From the NCBI RefSeq assembly GCF_001194135.2, contig NC_068982.1, positions 157,030,424-157,075,258 on the forward strand: 44,835 bases of DNA, in the 5' to 3' direction. The stretch comes from Octopus bimaculoides (taxonomy: Eukaryota). Both the position numbers and the translations under genes were made by a program. Under the pieces are notes generated by a model. It was given only the letters and a program-made list of their open reading frames with translations. It did not search any database and was not told the origin of the DNA. Positions 23,341 to 34,831 of the stretch are shown here, one piece after another (positions within the stretch are counted from its first letter, which is position 1; each line of letters opens with the position of its first letter).

Positions 23341-23755
23341 TTCAACCGTAAAATCTGTGCTTTTGTATGGCTCTGAAACATGGAGAGCCACATGCAGCAA
23401 TTACAAGAAGATCCCGACCTTCATCAACAAATATCTGTGGCAGATCCTCCATCTGAAGTGGTTCGACAGAGTGCCAAACACCGACCTGTGGGAAAGGGCT
23501 AACCAGGAGCCCATACATGTTCAGATTAGACGAAGGAAATGGAGATGGATCGGACACACACTGCGGAAAGAACCGTGGGGTAAAGGAAGCGTGGACGCCC
23601 GAAGCACACATGGAAGCGGAGCATTTTGGACGAGCTCAGGACCACCGGCCTGACATGAGAAGCAGCCAAGAAACATACCAATGACCGCAAAACGTGGAAA
23701 ATAACTGCTGAGGCCCTATCCTCCACAAGGGTCACAAAGGATTAAGAAGAAGAAG
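23341..23755 (+). mobile_element. RTE-clade LINE 3' end, 5'-truncated, with internal deletions
   Basis: VKSVLLYGSETW...FINKYLWQIL...RVPNTDLWERANQEPIHVQIRRRKWRWIGHTLRK, then GKRKRGRPKHTWKR in a shifted frame, ending TAAGAAGAAGAAG. This is the characteristic RTE C-terminus. Confidence 0.92.
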
Positions 23756-23790
23756 ATATATACTTACAAGCTGAGCAAAAAATATACGCA

Positions 23791-24143
23791 CGCTGCTATA
23801 TGTATATATAAATCCAAAAAACGGGACAAGAACGTGACGGACGACAATAAAAACGTACAGATAGATGGACGATACAAAGACGGACAGGAAAACCAGGTCG
23901 GAACATTAGTGGCTTTCTATTCATCAGTCTTGTTCGTTGTTTGGATTTATATATACATATAGTGGCGAACGTACACCTTTTACTCTGCTTTTAAGTATGT
24001 ATATATATCTAAATTCTGTACTACTTTCTTCTTTCTTTCCTCTTTTCTTTTTCTCGCTCTCTCTCTCTCTCATTTTCTTGGCATTCTCTTTCTTTAATCT
24101 CTGTACTTTCGTCTGTTAACTCCATCGTATCTTTTCCTCTGTC

Positions 24144-24198
<55 letters not shown>

Positions 24199-24727
24199 GT
24201 TCCTTCCCTAATTCTTCAATCTCTCTGCTCCCTACCTCTCTCTGTTCCTACCGAGAGTGCTCGGCCAAGCGTGAGCTTTCTTTCTTGGCTTGACCGCCGC
24301 TCGCACAACACCTTATTTTCCTACCTCTTGACTTTCATCCATGTTTTTTGCCTCAAGGCTTCCACTTCACACGCCAGCTTAACTTAACTTGTCCTTTTAG
24401 TCGAAAGTACAAGAATAACCTGTTGTTATTCTTGTTTGTGCTTGTAATTGCGGAACATTTTCTCCATTGTCTGTTTTTTTTGTCCATGTTGTCGCACATA
24501 TTCGCTTGCATTCTTCCAAAAATGTAATGCCCTTAGCTAAGATTTTTGGGGCCTACCAATTTTGAAAAGTTTCAAATGTAACAAGCCGAAACTGTAATGA
24601 TGATTGGAAGCTTGACTGATGAATAGAAGACCACTATTTTTCCGTCCTAGTTTTCCAGTCCGTCTTTGTATCGTCCATCTGTCCGTATGGTTTTATTGTC
24701 TTCCGTTACGTTCTTGTTCCGTTTTTT
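23791..24727. mobile_element. Repeat element with ~114-bp inverted arms (family not determined)
   Basis: 23816-23929 is the reverse complement of 24614-24727 with scattered mismatches. An additional inverted pair lies at 23796-23817 / 23941-23962. Confidence 0.65.
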
Positions 24728-24796
<69 letters not shown>

Positions 24797-24942
24797 CATA
24801 TAATTTAAAGAAAAAACACTATTAAATAATTCAACAAAGAATTCAACTCAAACCTTCCAGAAAACAAATATATCACAAAAGCCTTATTAAAAAAATCAAT
24901 AGAATCCAAAAAGCATAACTAGTCTTATATATATATATATAT

Positions 24943-25099
24943 ATACGACAGACTTCTTTCAGTTTCCGCCAACCAAATCCACTCACAAGGCTTTGGTTAG
25001 CCCGAGGCTATATTAGTAGACAGGGGCTCAAGTTGTCACGCAGTGGGACTGAACGCTGAACCGTGTGGTTGGGATGCATGCTTCTACCACGCAGCCACG
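24943..25099 (-). mobile_element. SINE family A (5' half)
   Basis: Colinear with 33-198 (CAGTTTCC...CAAATCCACTCACAAGG...CACGCAGTGGGACTGAAC). Confidence 0.88.
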
Positions 25100-26842
25100 T
25101 GTGTGTCCGTTTTGTCTCTATGTCTATATGCAAACGCGCACTGGTACACATATACTGATAAAAGATCACCAAATTGAAGTGTAGAAGTATTTCAATAAAT
25201 ACAACTATAAGTCTATGTGATGGATGGGAACACTACCATAATAACGATTTTGGGCGAATGTCATTATCGATATAGTCATCTCCAAAAATATAAAAACAAA
25301 TTAAATTTCGCATTGCATCCTTCATTTTCTTGAATGAAAAGTATTTGATTAATTAAAAAGTTTTATTGGTATTTCTAGCACTTTCTTGGACTGTATAAAA
25401 CTTCTATCGTTTTCTCATAAATGCATGGAAATTGGATATGCATACAGCCTACAGACTTGGTGATTTATATGTCTAGGATATAAATCTTACCGTAGGCATT
25501 AGGAAATAGAAACGAAAGCATTCCTCACTGCGGATCGAAACAGGAACATGGAACTTGTAAAAGAAGAAGAATGAGGGAGAAGGAGGAGAAGGAGGAGGAG
25601 GAGGAGGAGGAGGAGGAGGAGGAGAGAAGAAACATAAGAGGGGGACCAGAACGAAGTAAAAAAAAAATGAAAAGAGAAGAAAAACTTTTCTTAACTATTG
25701 TATAAAAGGAAACTCAAAAATATTTTCATAAAATTTAATACATACATACATATATATACTCGTATATATAGATAAAAAAAAGTAACTCAATGTGGGTATG
25801 TAAGTGTGGAAGTGTGTGTATGCGCATGTATGTGTGTCTGTGTGTGTGTGTGTCTGTGTGTGTGTGTGTGTGTGTGCGTGATGATAAAAATAAATTTCCA
25901 CTAACAAATAGATAGAAAATATATGCAAACAATTGGTAATCAAGAAATATGTTAGTGTGAATATTTCTGGCCAGGTTTAATTCCTCTATTTCAATCACGT
26001 ACAGTAGTGGATTAGTCTTCATGTTGAATAACGGTAGATTAGCTCCGGATGAGAATCTCACCTGTAATTCTATACTCACTAATTAATATTACAGGACATA
26101 GATTCATGAGGAGAAGATTTAATAAAATAAATTTAATAACACAAAAAATATTATAAAAAAAAACTGAACAAAACATAAAAACAATAACAGTAACAACAAT
26201 AAAAACTAAAATGTGTTGGGCCTTAGGTTAAATGTAATTTAGAGAGGGTGAATCTACCTAGATTCATATATATGTGTGTATGTGTGTGTGTGTGTGTGTG
26301 TGTGTTTATACATGTATGCTTAAATACAAACATAAAAAATGTGAGTACGTCTGTGTGTCGCTGTGTATATTTACATACACGTTTGTATATATATTTTTGG
26401 TATACGTATGTCTGTGTGTGTCTCTCTGTTTAGGCAAAATTTAACTATGAGAAGTTACTTCTTCAAACTAGGAAGAATCGGATGTTAGTTATAGTTAATT
26501 TCTTAAGATTTTCTTCTTCTTCTAATGCTTACGAAAGCGGGAGTGGCAAAAAAGTGTAATTTGTTGTTTTTTTTTAATAATAATTTCGGAGGGATTGTCG
26601 TTACATTAACTTTATTCCCTCCTCCTTTTCTCCGCCCAGTCTTTATGGTTATTCTTAATATGTTTTAATTCAGAATCCCGCCGTATTGTAGAATCGGTTT
26701 TATGACAGTTCGGAGAAGAAGGGATCAAATGAAAATAGAGAAAAATAAAAGTTATGTAGAAAATGAATTCGTTATCTTCAAAACTATGTAGCTGCATGTC
26801 GTTTTGAATCTAAGTAATGCTTATATTAGAATAGCCTAACAA

Positions 26843-26873
26843 ATGATGATGATGATGATGATGATGATGATAG

Positions 26874-26934
<61 letters not shown>

Positions 26935-26943
26935 AGTGATGAT
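26843..26943. repeat. (GAT)n microsatellite
   Basis: Direct reading. It is the source of the poly-M/poly-I ORFs. Confidence 0.95.
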
Positions 26944-27019
26944 GGCGTGTAACCGGATAATGATTGTTTTCGTTATGACGAAACGAGAGAGTTGGGTTGT
27001 CACAAATATTAGTGTTTGG

Positions 27020-27120
27020 GACAAAATGCCGTGCAATATTTATTCCGACATTTTACGTCCAGAATTCAAATCCCCTTGAGGTCGATCTTGTTCTTCACTC
27101 CTTCACGGTTGATAGAATAA
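27020..27120 (+). mobile_element. SINE family B, old fragment
   Basis: AAAATGCC...TTTACGTCCAGAATTCAAATCCCCTTGAGGTCGATCTTG...TCCTTCACGGTTGATAGAATAA. Confidence 0.6.
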
Positions 27121-28200
27121 AGCAATCTACTAACCAACTCCTGTAATATTCCAGGCCCATGATTTCAAAATTATGTCCAGTAAATAATAATTGCTTAATA
27201 GTTGTAAACTTGATGTTGACCCTGCAAAAATTAGTCGTAATTTTACAACAGGAGTTTTGAATATCTTTACATATGGTGTACGAAGGTCGTTTAAACTCTT
27301 GTGAATTTGTTTTTAGATGCATGAAAACTCCTACAGTTATGTGCTGTGAAAGACACTCTACCATTAAAATTATAAAATCAGGAAATTATGAATTTATATA
27401 TTTTAAAATTATGAGACGTCCATCTAAGGGGAATTCCATTTTATTAAGATTATTGTCGCGCTATCAAAATCGTTACAGCGTCGAAAAAAATTATTTGCAG
27501 TTATTATCCCGTCTCATTATATTCAGCATTCAAGTCTCACTGTGGTTGAATATTATTTCCTCATTTCGAGGTCTATAAAATAAAGTACAAATTTAAGTAC
27601 TAGGCCCGATGTCATTGACAAACACATTCACTTAGAACTTTTGGGCTTGTGCCAAAATTAGAAGCCACTATAATTATTATTAACAGCAGCAACATGATCA
27701 TGTATATTAGCATATATATGCTAAAGACATTAAATTGTGATTGATAAGCAACACATAGAGATTTGACCCTTTGACAAAAAATGCTTTTGAAATTGTCTCT
27801 CATATTTATCTGTTCAATGTTATTTGCAGAAACGTGACATTTTCACGTTTTTCGACCCACACGCAGAAAATCCTTGGTATCCTGTGAAAAGGAAGAGATC
27901 TCGCGAAGAGATGACATGATATTTCTGAATGGGATAGCTTAATTGTGCGCAGAAATTCCTCAGAAGTTTTCAATGGCGCTGTCTGGATGAACTCACCAAT
28001 TGAGATCCTTACATATTTGCGAAAGGCAACTGTAGTATACCATAATTCTATGAGTAACATAGATCTCATTTTCATGTGCTATAGCTACGGGTGGAACATT
28101 GTTCACTATATACCAATGGACGTCTTAAGTGATAATACCATTAGTCAGGTATTCGGATATTGATGTTGTAAGCCGTTTTTCAGTAAATATATGAACCTTA

Positions 28201-28417
28201 AGGCGGCGAGCTGGCAGAAACGTTAACACACCGGGCGAAATGCTTAGCGGTATTTCGTCTGTCTTTATGTTCTGAGTTCAAATTCCACTCAGGTCGACTT
28301 CGATTTTTGTCCTTTTGGGGTCAATAAATTGTGTGCCAGTTGTGTACTGAAGTCGATCATTCGACTAGCCCGCACCACCAAAATTGCGGGCCTTGTGCAT
28401 AGAGTAGAAAAGAATAA
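28201..28417 (+). mobile_element. Full-length SINE family B
   Basis: GGCGGCGAGCTGGCAGAAACGTTAACACACCGGGCGAAATGCTTAGCGGTATTTCGTCTG...GTTCTGAGTTCAAATTCC...GGGGTCAATAAA...AAATTGCGGGCCTTGTGC. Confidence 0.92.
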
Positions 28418-28679
28418 AGATATGTACCTATGTTTCATGGAAGAACATTCTTTAAATAGAATGTCAAGGTGTTAATAAAAGTATTCGTTTCATTTTCGTC
28501 TATAATATAAGAACAACCCAAAGCTCCAGTAACTCCTTGAATAAGCAGATGACAAATATTAAAGAGGTTACAATAAAAATCAATGGAAGAGGAGTGTGCG
28601 CCCATGCTGTACACTTTATGTATATATGTGAACTGGCGGGACAACAATTTGATATTTGCATATTTATTAAAATGTACTT

Positions 28680-29837
28680 AACTGTTGCATATTTATTAGA
28701 ATGTACTTAACAATTATGTGATAAAATAATTTGATTCCCATAATTGAGTGTCTCTAATGCTCCTTGGAAACTTCCATGCTAGAAAGAGCATTAGAAACAC
28801 ATAATGCTTTATGAGTACAAAAAATTGAAACTTTGCAGCCGAAGCTACTCCAAACATATACTCAATTCATGGGAAAGAATGCTTGAATGAAAGAACTTGC
28901 AGGAGATGGTTTGCAAAATTCAGAAGTGGAGATTTCAGACTTGAAGATGAAGATCGAACTGGACGTCCAGTTGAGATTTATGATGAGCTCCTTGAAGCAT
29001 TACTTGAAGAAAATCCTGCATTATCAGTTGAAGAATTAGCAATAAAGCTTAGTTCAAATCATATAACTGTTCATCGTCAAGTGCCTAAAATTGGAAAATT
29101 GGTGCCTTATGAATTGTCATAAAGCAGCCGCAAATCCCGAGTTGAAATCTGCCCTTCTCTCCATTCTCGCGAACTCATTTCACCCATTCTGGATAGATTT
29201 GTGACTGGTGACGGAAAATGGATCTCCTATCGAAATGTTAAACGTCGTAAACAGTGGCTTTGTGAAAGGGAAAAAGCTCAACCACAACCGAGAAGGGAAC
29301 TTCATAGGAAAAAGATTCTTCTCTCTATTTGGTGGGATTGGAAAAGAGTAATTCACTTTGAATTGTTACCACCTAATGCAACAATTAATGCTCAAGTCTA
29401 CTGCCAGTAATTAGAGCATTTGAACCAAGCTTTAAAGAAAAAAATACCCGCTTTAGTGAAGCGAAAAGAAGTGATATTTCATCAGGACAATGCGCGACCT
29501 CACACTACAAGGATTACATCACAGAAGATCGAAGAGCTTGGTTGGGAAAAAACTCCCGACCTTCGTCCTTCAGACTACAATTTGGTTCGTAATTTACAGA
29601 ATCATTTGGGGGACATAAATTTTGCAAGCCAGGAGGAGGTCGAAACTGACATTTCAGAGTTCTTCGCTTCGAAACCAACAGAGTTTTACATTGATGGGAT
29701 TAAAAAGCTTGTAAATAGATGGAAGGAAGACAGATAATCAGGGAAAGTACAATGTTGATTAAATTTCAATTAAATATAACATTTGATCAATTGTTGTCTT
29801 TATTCAAAATTCGGACAGAACTTATAGGATAACCTGA
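28680..29837 (+). mobile_element. Decayed mariner (DD34D) element; 3' TIR retained, 5' TIR not found
   Basis: Transposase remnants from ~28786: RHIMLYEYK...ERTCRRWFAKFRSGDFRLEDEDRTGRP...LVPYEL (WVPHEL-like), VTGDGKW, LLSIWWDWKRVIHFELL, IFHQDNARPH, PDLRPSDY, FYIDGIKKLVNRW, with stops, frameshifts and deletions. It ends TTCGGACAGAACTTATAGGATAACCTGA followed by TA. Confidence 0.93.
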
Positions 29838-30371
29838 TATATATGTAAATATATGTATAAATATATACATATATATAAGTATATACAAATATATATGGAT
29901 AAATATATATAAATAATATATATGTATGTATTTAAGAATATATATAAATGTTATATATATAAATATCTATCTATCTATCTATNNNNNNNNNNNNNNNNNN
30001 NNNNNNNNNNNNNNNNNNNNNNNNNNNNNNNNNNNNNNNNNNNNNNNNNNNNNNNNNNNNNNNNNNNNNNNNNNNNNNNNNNNNNNNNNNNNNNNNNNNN
30101 NNNNNNNNNNNNNNNNNNNNNNNNNNNNNNNNNNNNNNNNNNNNNNNNNNNNNNNNNNNNNNNNNNNNNNNNNNNNNNNNNNNNNNNNNNNNNNNNNNNN
30201 NNNNNNNNNNNNNNNNNNNNNNNNNNNNNNNNNNNNNNNNNNNNNNNNNNNNNNNNNNNNNNNNNNNNNNNNNNNNNNNNNNNNNNNNNNNNNNNNNNNN
30301 NNNNNNNNNNNNNNNNNNNNNNNNNNNNNNNNNNNNNNNNNNNNNNNNNNNNNNNNNNNNNNNNNNNNNNN

Positions 30372-30435
30372 GTTAGGGTTAGGGTTAGGGTTAGGGTTAG
30401 GGTTAGGGTTAGGGTTAGGGTTAGGGTTAGGGTTA
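30372..30435 (+). repeat. (TTAGGG)10 telomeric-type array, interstitial, open-ended into an N-gap
   Basis: G + 10 perfect TTAGGG + TTA. Confidence 0.95.
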
Positions 30436-30690
30436 TGCATATATATAAATATATATATACATATATATAAGTATATACAAATATATGTATATATATATAT
30501 AAAATTAATATATATATACTTATATATAAATATATATATACATATATATAAGTATATACAAATATATATGGATAAATATATATAAATAATATATATGTAT
30601 GTATTTAAGAATATATATAAATGTTATATATATAAATATCTATCTATCTATCTATCTATCTATATATACATACATACATATATATATATT

Positions 30691-31060
30691 AGAACTGGGT
30701 GCCATGGCATAGTACCAAAGACTCTAAATTTGCCATCAAGGTATAGGACAAGATACTGGAAGAGCTTGGGCTTCAGCGGACCACAGCTCTTTAATATCCT
30801 CCCGAAGTACCTGAGAGACCTGCATGGGGTGGACGTAGATATTTTCAAAATAAAGCTAGACCTCTTACTGTCAAGTGTCCCAGAGGAGCCAACTACGCGG
30901 CAGAGATGCAGATGAGGGCAGCGGCATCAAACTCCCTGATGCACCAAATCTCAATTCCTAAAAAGCATTCGTGAAGTAAAATTATGTAGCAACAGCAAAT
31001 GGCGGTACCCCAGCATGGCCTCAGCTCATGAGCTGAAACTAGACCAAATCGAATCAAATC
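30691..31060 (+). mobile_element. CR1/L2-group LINE 3' end, 5'-truncated
   Basis: IVPKTLNLPSRYRTRYWKSLGFSGPQLFNILPKYLRDLHGVDVDIFKIKLDLLLSSVPEEP follows the GP.LFN.LP...FK..LD..L..VPD.P C-terminal pattern. The 3' UTR has a hairpin CAGCTC-AT-GAGCTG (31022-31035) and a short (A/G)AATC tail. Confidence 0.85.
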
Positions 31061-31434
31061 ACATGTGAATATATGAATATATATAAATATCAATATATAA
31101 ATGTATATGAATATATATATAATATACATAAATATATTGATAGGAAGGACAACCATTTGCATGCGATCGAAAAATCAAAATAGCTCGACAAATGGGTACC
31201 ACACGATTTGAATGAAAATCCGAAAATACACAGATACTTGCACACACACGCACACACACACACACACGTGTGCTGTTGGCGATACCTTTCCATTCTTTAG
31301 ACTTTTCCCTTTTCGTTTCGAACGAAGAGCTATGCTCGAAAAGTAAAATTCTCTCCTTTCACTGAGCGTCAAACTAATATATTTCCTATGCGCATCATCA
31401 TATCCGTGTTTATTCGTTTATTTGAAGTGTCTAA

Positions 31435-31480
<46 letters not shown>

Positions 31481-31545
31481 NNNNNNNNNNNNNNNNNNNN
31501 NNNNNNNNNNNNNNNNNNNNNNNNNNNNNNNNNNNNNNNNNNNNN

Positions 31546-31595
<50 letters not shown>

Positions 31596-32124
31596 TGTGT
31601 GTGTGTGCGTACGGGCGCGTGTGCGTGTGTGTGTGTGTATACATATATAAATATATGTATAGAGATACAGAGAAAAGAGAGAGACCGTGCGAGACATAGA
31701 GATGGATAGATAGATAACGTAATGTATACATATACAGATGTGCGTGTATATATATATATATATATGCAAGTGTGTATGTGCATGTGTGTATGTGTGTATA
31801 TGTGTGTCTATCTATCTGTCTGTCTGTCTGTCTGTCTGTATGTATCTATGTATCTATGTATGCATAAAATACACAAAAGCGTGAGAGTAAAAAGTCGCAA
31901 GAAACTATGTCAAATATTTTGTCAGATTCAAACCGATTCTGTCAACTCCCAACCCTTAAATCTTTGTCCACGATGTAAATACTTAAGCTGGACGTTGGGT
32001 AAAGGAACAAAATCTGAGGAAATAAAATCGAAGAAGGAGTATGAGTGGATTGTGTGGTGGAAGAAGAAACCTAATAGTAGTAGTAGTAGTAGTTGAAGAG
32101 GTAAGAGAAGCAGAGAAAGAAGCC

Positions 32125-32181
<57 letters not shown>

Positions 32182-32594
32182 AAGCAGCAGCAGTAGTAGT
32201 AGTTGAAGGAGGGCGAGGAGAAGAAAAAGAAGATACAGGTAGATACAAGAAGAAAGAGAGGAAGAAGAAATAGAATGAGAGTTTAAGTGCAAATGTGTGA
32301 CAATAACTCTAGCAAAGAACCATGCAGGGTGATGTCTGTATTGTAAGTTGTTTACTCTGTGTACAGGAATGGTGACAAATTGTGGTGTAACGTCAATTAG
32401 AAGAAAATTCTTTACTCTATCACCTCATTAGACCAACCTCAACTCCACTCACATACCTTCAAAATATTAGTTCCTTAGAAGCACTGCCTGTTTATATCTA
32501 TCTGTACATCTGGCGGTGTATTTCATTTGTCTGTCTTACCCCTCCCTTTTCTCCCCATTTCTCTTGCTTCCTCTCTCCCCCTTTCTGTCCATTA

Positions 32595-32625
<31 letters not shown>

Positions 32626-32647
32626 TGTATGTATGTATGTATGTATG

Positions 32648-32693
<46 letters not shown>

Positions 32694-33675
32694 NNNNNNN
32701 NNNNNNNNNNNNNNNNNNNNNNNNNNNNNNNNNNNNNNNNNNNNNNNNNNNNNNNNNNNNNNNNNNNNNNNNNNNNNNNNNNNNNNNNNNNNNNNNNNNN
32801 NNNNNNNNNNNNNNNNNNNNNNNNNNNNNNNNNNNNNNNNNNNNNNNNNNNNNNNNNNNNNNNNNNNNNNNNNNNNNNNNNNNNNNNNNNNNNNNNNNNN
32901 NNNNNNNNNNNNNNNNNNNNNNNNNNNNNNNNNNNNNNNNNNNNNNNNNNNNNNNNNNNNNNNNNNNNNNNNNNNNNNNNNNNNNNNNNNNNNNNNNNNN
33001 NNNNNNNNNNNNNNNNNNNNNNNNNNNNNNNNNNNNNNNNNNNNNNNNNNNNNNNNNNNNNNNNNNNNNNNNNNNNNNNNNNNNNNNNNNNNNNNNNNNN
33101 NNNNNNNNNNNNNNNNNNNNNNNNNNNNNNNNNNNNNNNNNNNNNNNNNNNNNNNNNNNNNNNNNNNNNNNNNNNNNNNNNNNNNNNNNNNNNNNNNNNN
33201 NNNNNNNNNNNNNNNNNNNNNNNNNNNNNNNNNNNNNNNNNNNNNNNNNNNNNNNNNNNNNNNNNNNNNNNNNNNNNNNNNNNNNNNNNNNNNNNNNNNN
33301 ATATATATATATATATATATACATAAACATATATACACATCAATAAATATATATATATATTGATGTAGATTATATGTGAGTATTGAAGATCTCAGTTATG
33401 TATATATGTGTGTATTGAAATAAGTAAGCTTGAATGTAATTTATAAGAGTTCACTGAGTACACCTATTTACTTATATTCTGTCTAGAATTACTGTGTATC
33501 GGGATAACAATTTCAATTCATTTGATTGTAATAAAAAAAAAAGAAAAATTATCAGCAGTGAGCCGATAGTGCATTAACGCTTGAGAGAGGCTATAAGACA
33601 AAGATGAGAAAATACAATATAATGAGAGGCTATTGCAAAGATTATCCAGGCTTGAGAATGCATGTATATAAACAC

Positions 33676-33763
<88 letters not shown>

Positions 33764-33840
33764 GTATGCATGTAAGTGTATAATATATGTATACACGCAC
33801 ACATCCACACATCCACACACACACACACACACACACACAC

Positions 33841-34831
33841 AACTTGGTTTAAGAAGAGACAAAAATTTAGATAATCATTCTATAGTTATGATTTACATCA
33901 ACATAATTAATGCGTATAATATAAAAATTTCATCAAGACAAGGAACATATCTGTATATTATTTAGAATAGATATAAGAGTTATATGAGGTAAACATATAC
34001 GTGAAGAGGATAAATAAATGAAGGTTGATATATCGATTAAAAATTATATTAAATTTAATGTTAAAAAACGTTGAATTTATGATTAAAAGTTGTAAGATAC
34101 ATCGGAATAATGAGAAATCCTAATGATTGACTTAAAAGTTTAGAGGAGTTCCGGAGGAATGTTTATAGAGGGTTATAACTTAATAAAGTATGCATTTACT
34201 TATTCCTGATGAAGGGGACATTGTCAATATGAAAATAAAGGATTCATACCTTGTTGACTTATGGAATCCAGAAACAGCCGTCGATTTGTGTTGTGTGGAC
34301 GCCCCAGACTATAAGTGGGCTAGTCCACTATGTATAAATAGTGGACGTGATAGCCAGTCGGAGTAATCTAGATGTCGAGTTCTGTTGAGTCGAATCGTCG
34401 GAAGTGAGAGTTCGGTAGTTGAGTAGAGGTACGTCATCGGTGAAGGTGCAACATCCGAACGTGTGATATAACAAATTGCTTCAAATATGACGTTATAGCA
34501 CTCGATAAACATTTCTTCGGAACTCCTCCAAACTTTTAAATCCACCATTAGGATTTCTCACTACTGCCGATGTATCTTAAAACTTTTAATCCTTAATTCA
34601 ACGTTTATTAATCTTAAATTTAACATGATTTTTATTCGATATATCAGCCTTTATTTATTTATCCTTTTCACGTGTATTTTTACCTCATGTAACTCTTATT
34701 TCTATTCTAAATAATATATAGATATATTCCTTGTCTTGATGTAATTTTTATGCTTTACGTATTTATTATGCTGATGTAAATCATAACTATAGATTGATTA
34801 TCAAAATGTTTGTCTCTTCTTAAACCAAGTT
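33841..34831. mobile_element. ~1-kb foldback element with ~340-bp inverted arms, probably derived from a Penelope-like element
   Basis: 33841-34179 and 34492-34831 are reverse complements (roughly 85-90% identical by eye). The spacer has a hammerhead-like core at 34206-34282. Penelope affinity is inference. Confidence 0.8.

Noticed and set aside
24586-24640. GAAACTGTA...CTGATGA read as a type II hammerhead
   Set aside because: Stem I cannot form, and no GAAA follows the hairpin after CTGATGA.
30372-30435. True chromosome end
   Set aside because: The G-rich strand points into flanking DNA, and the scaffold continues on both sides.
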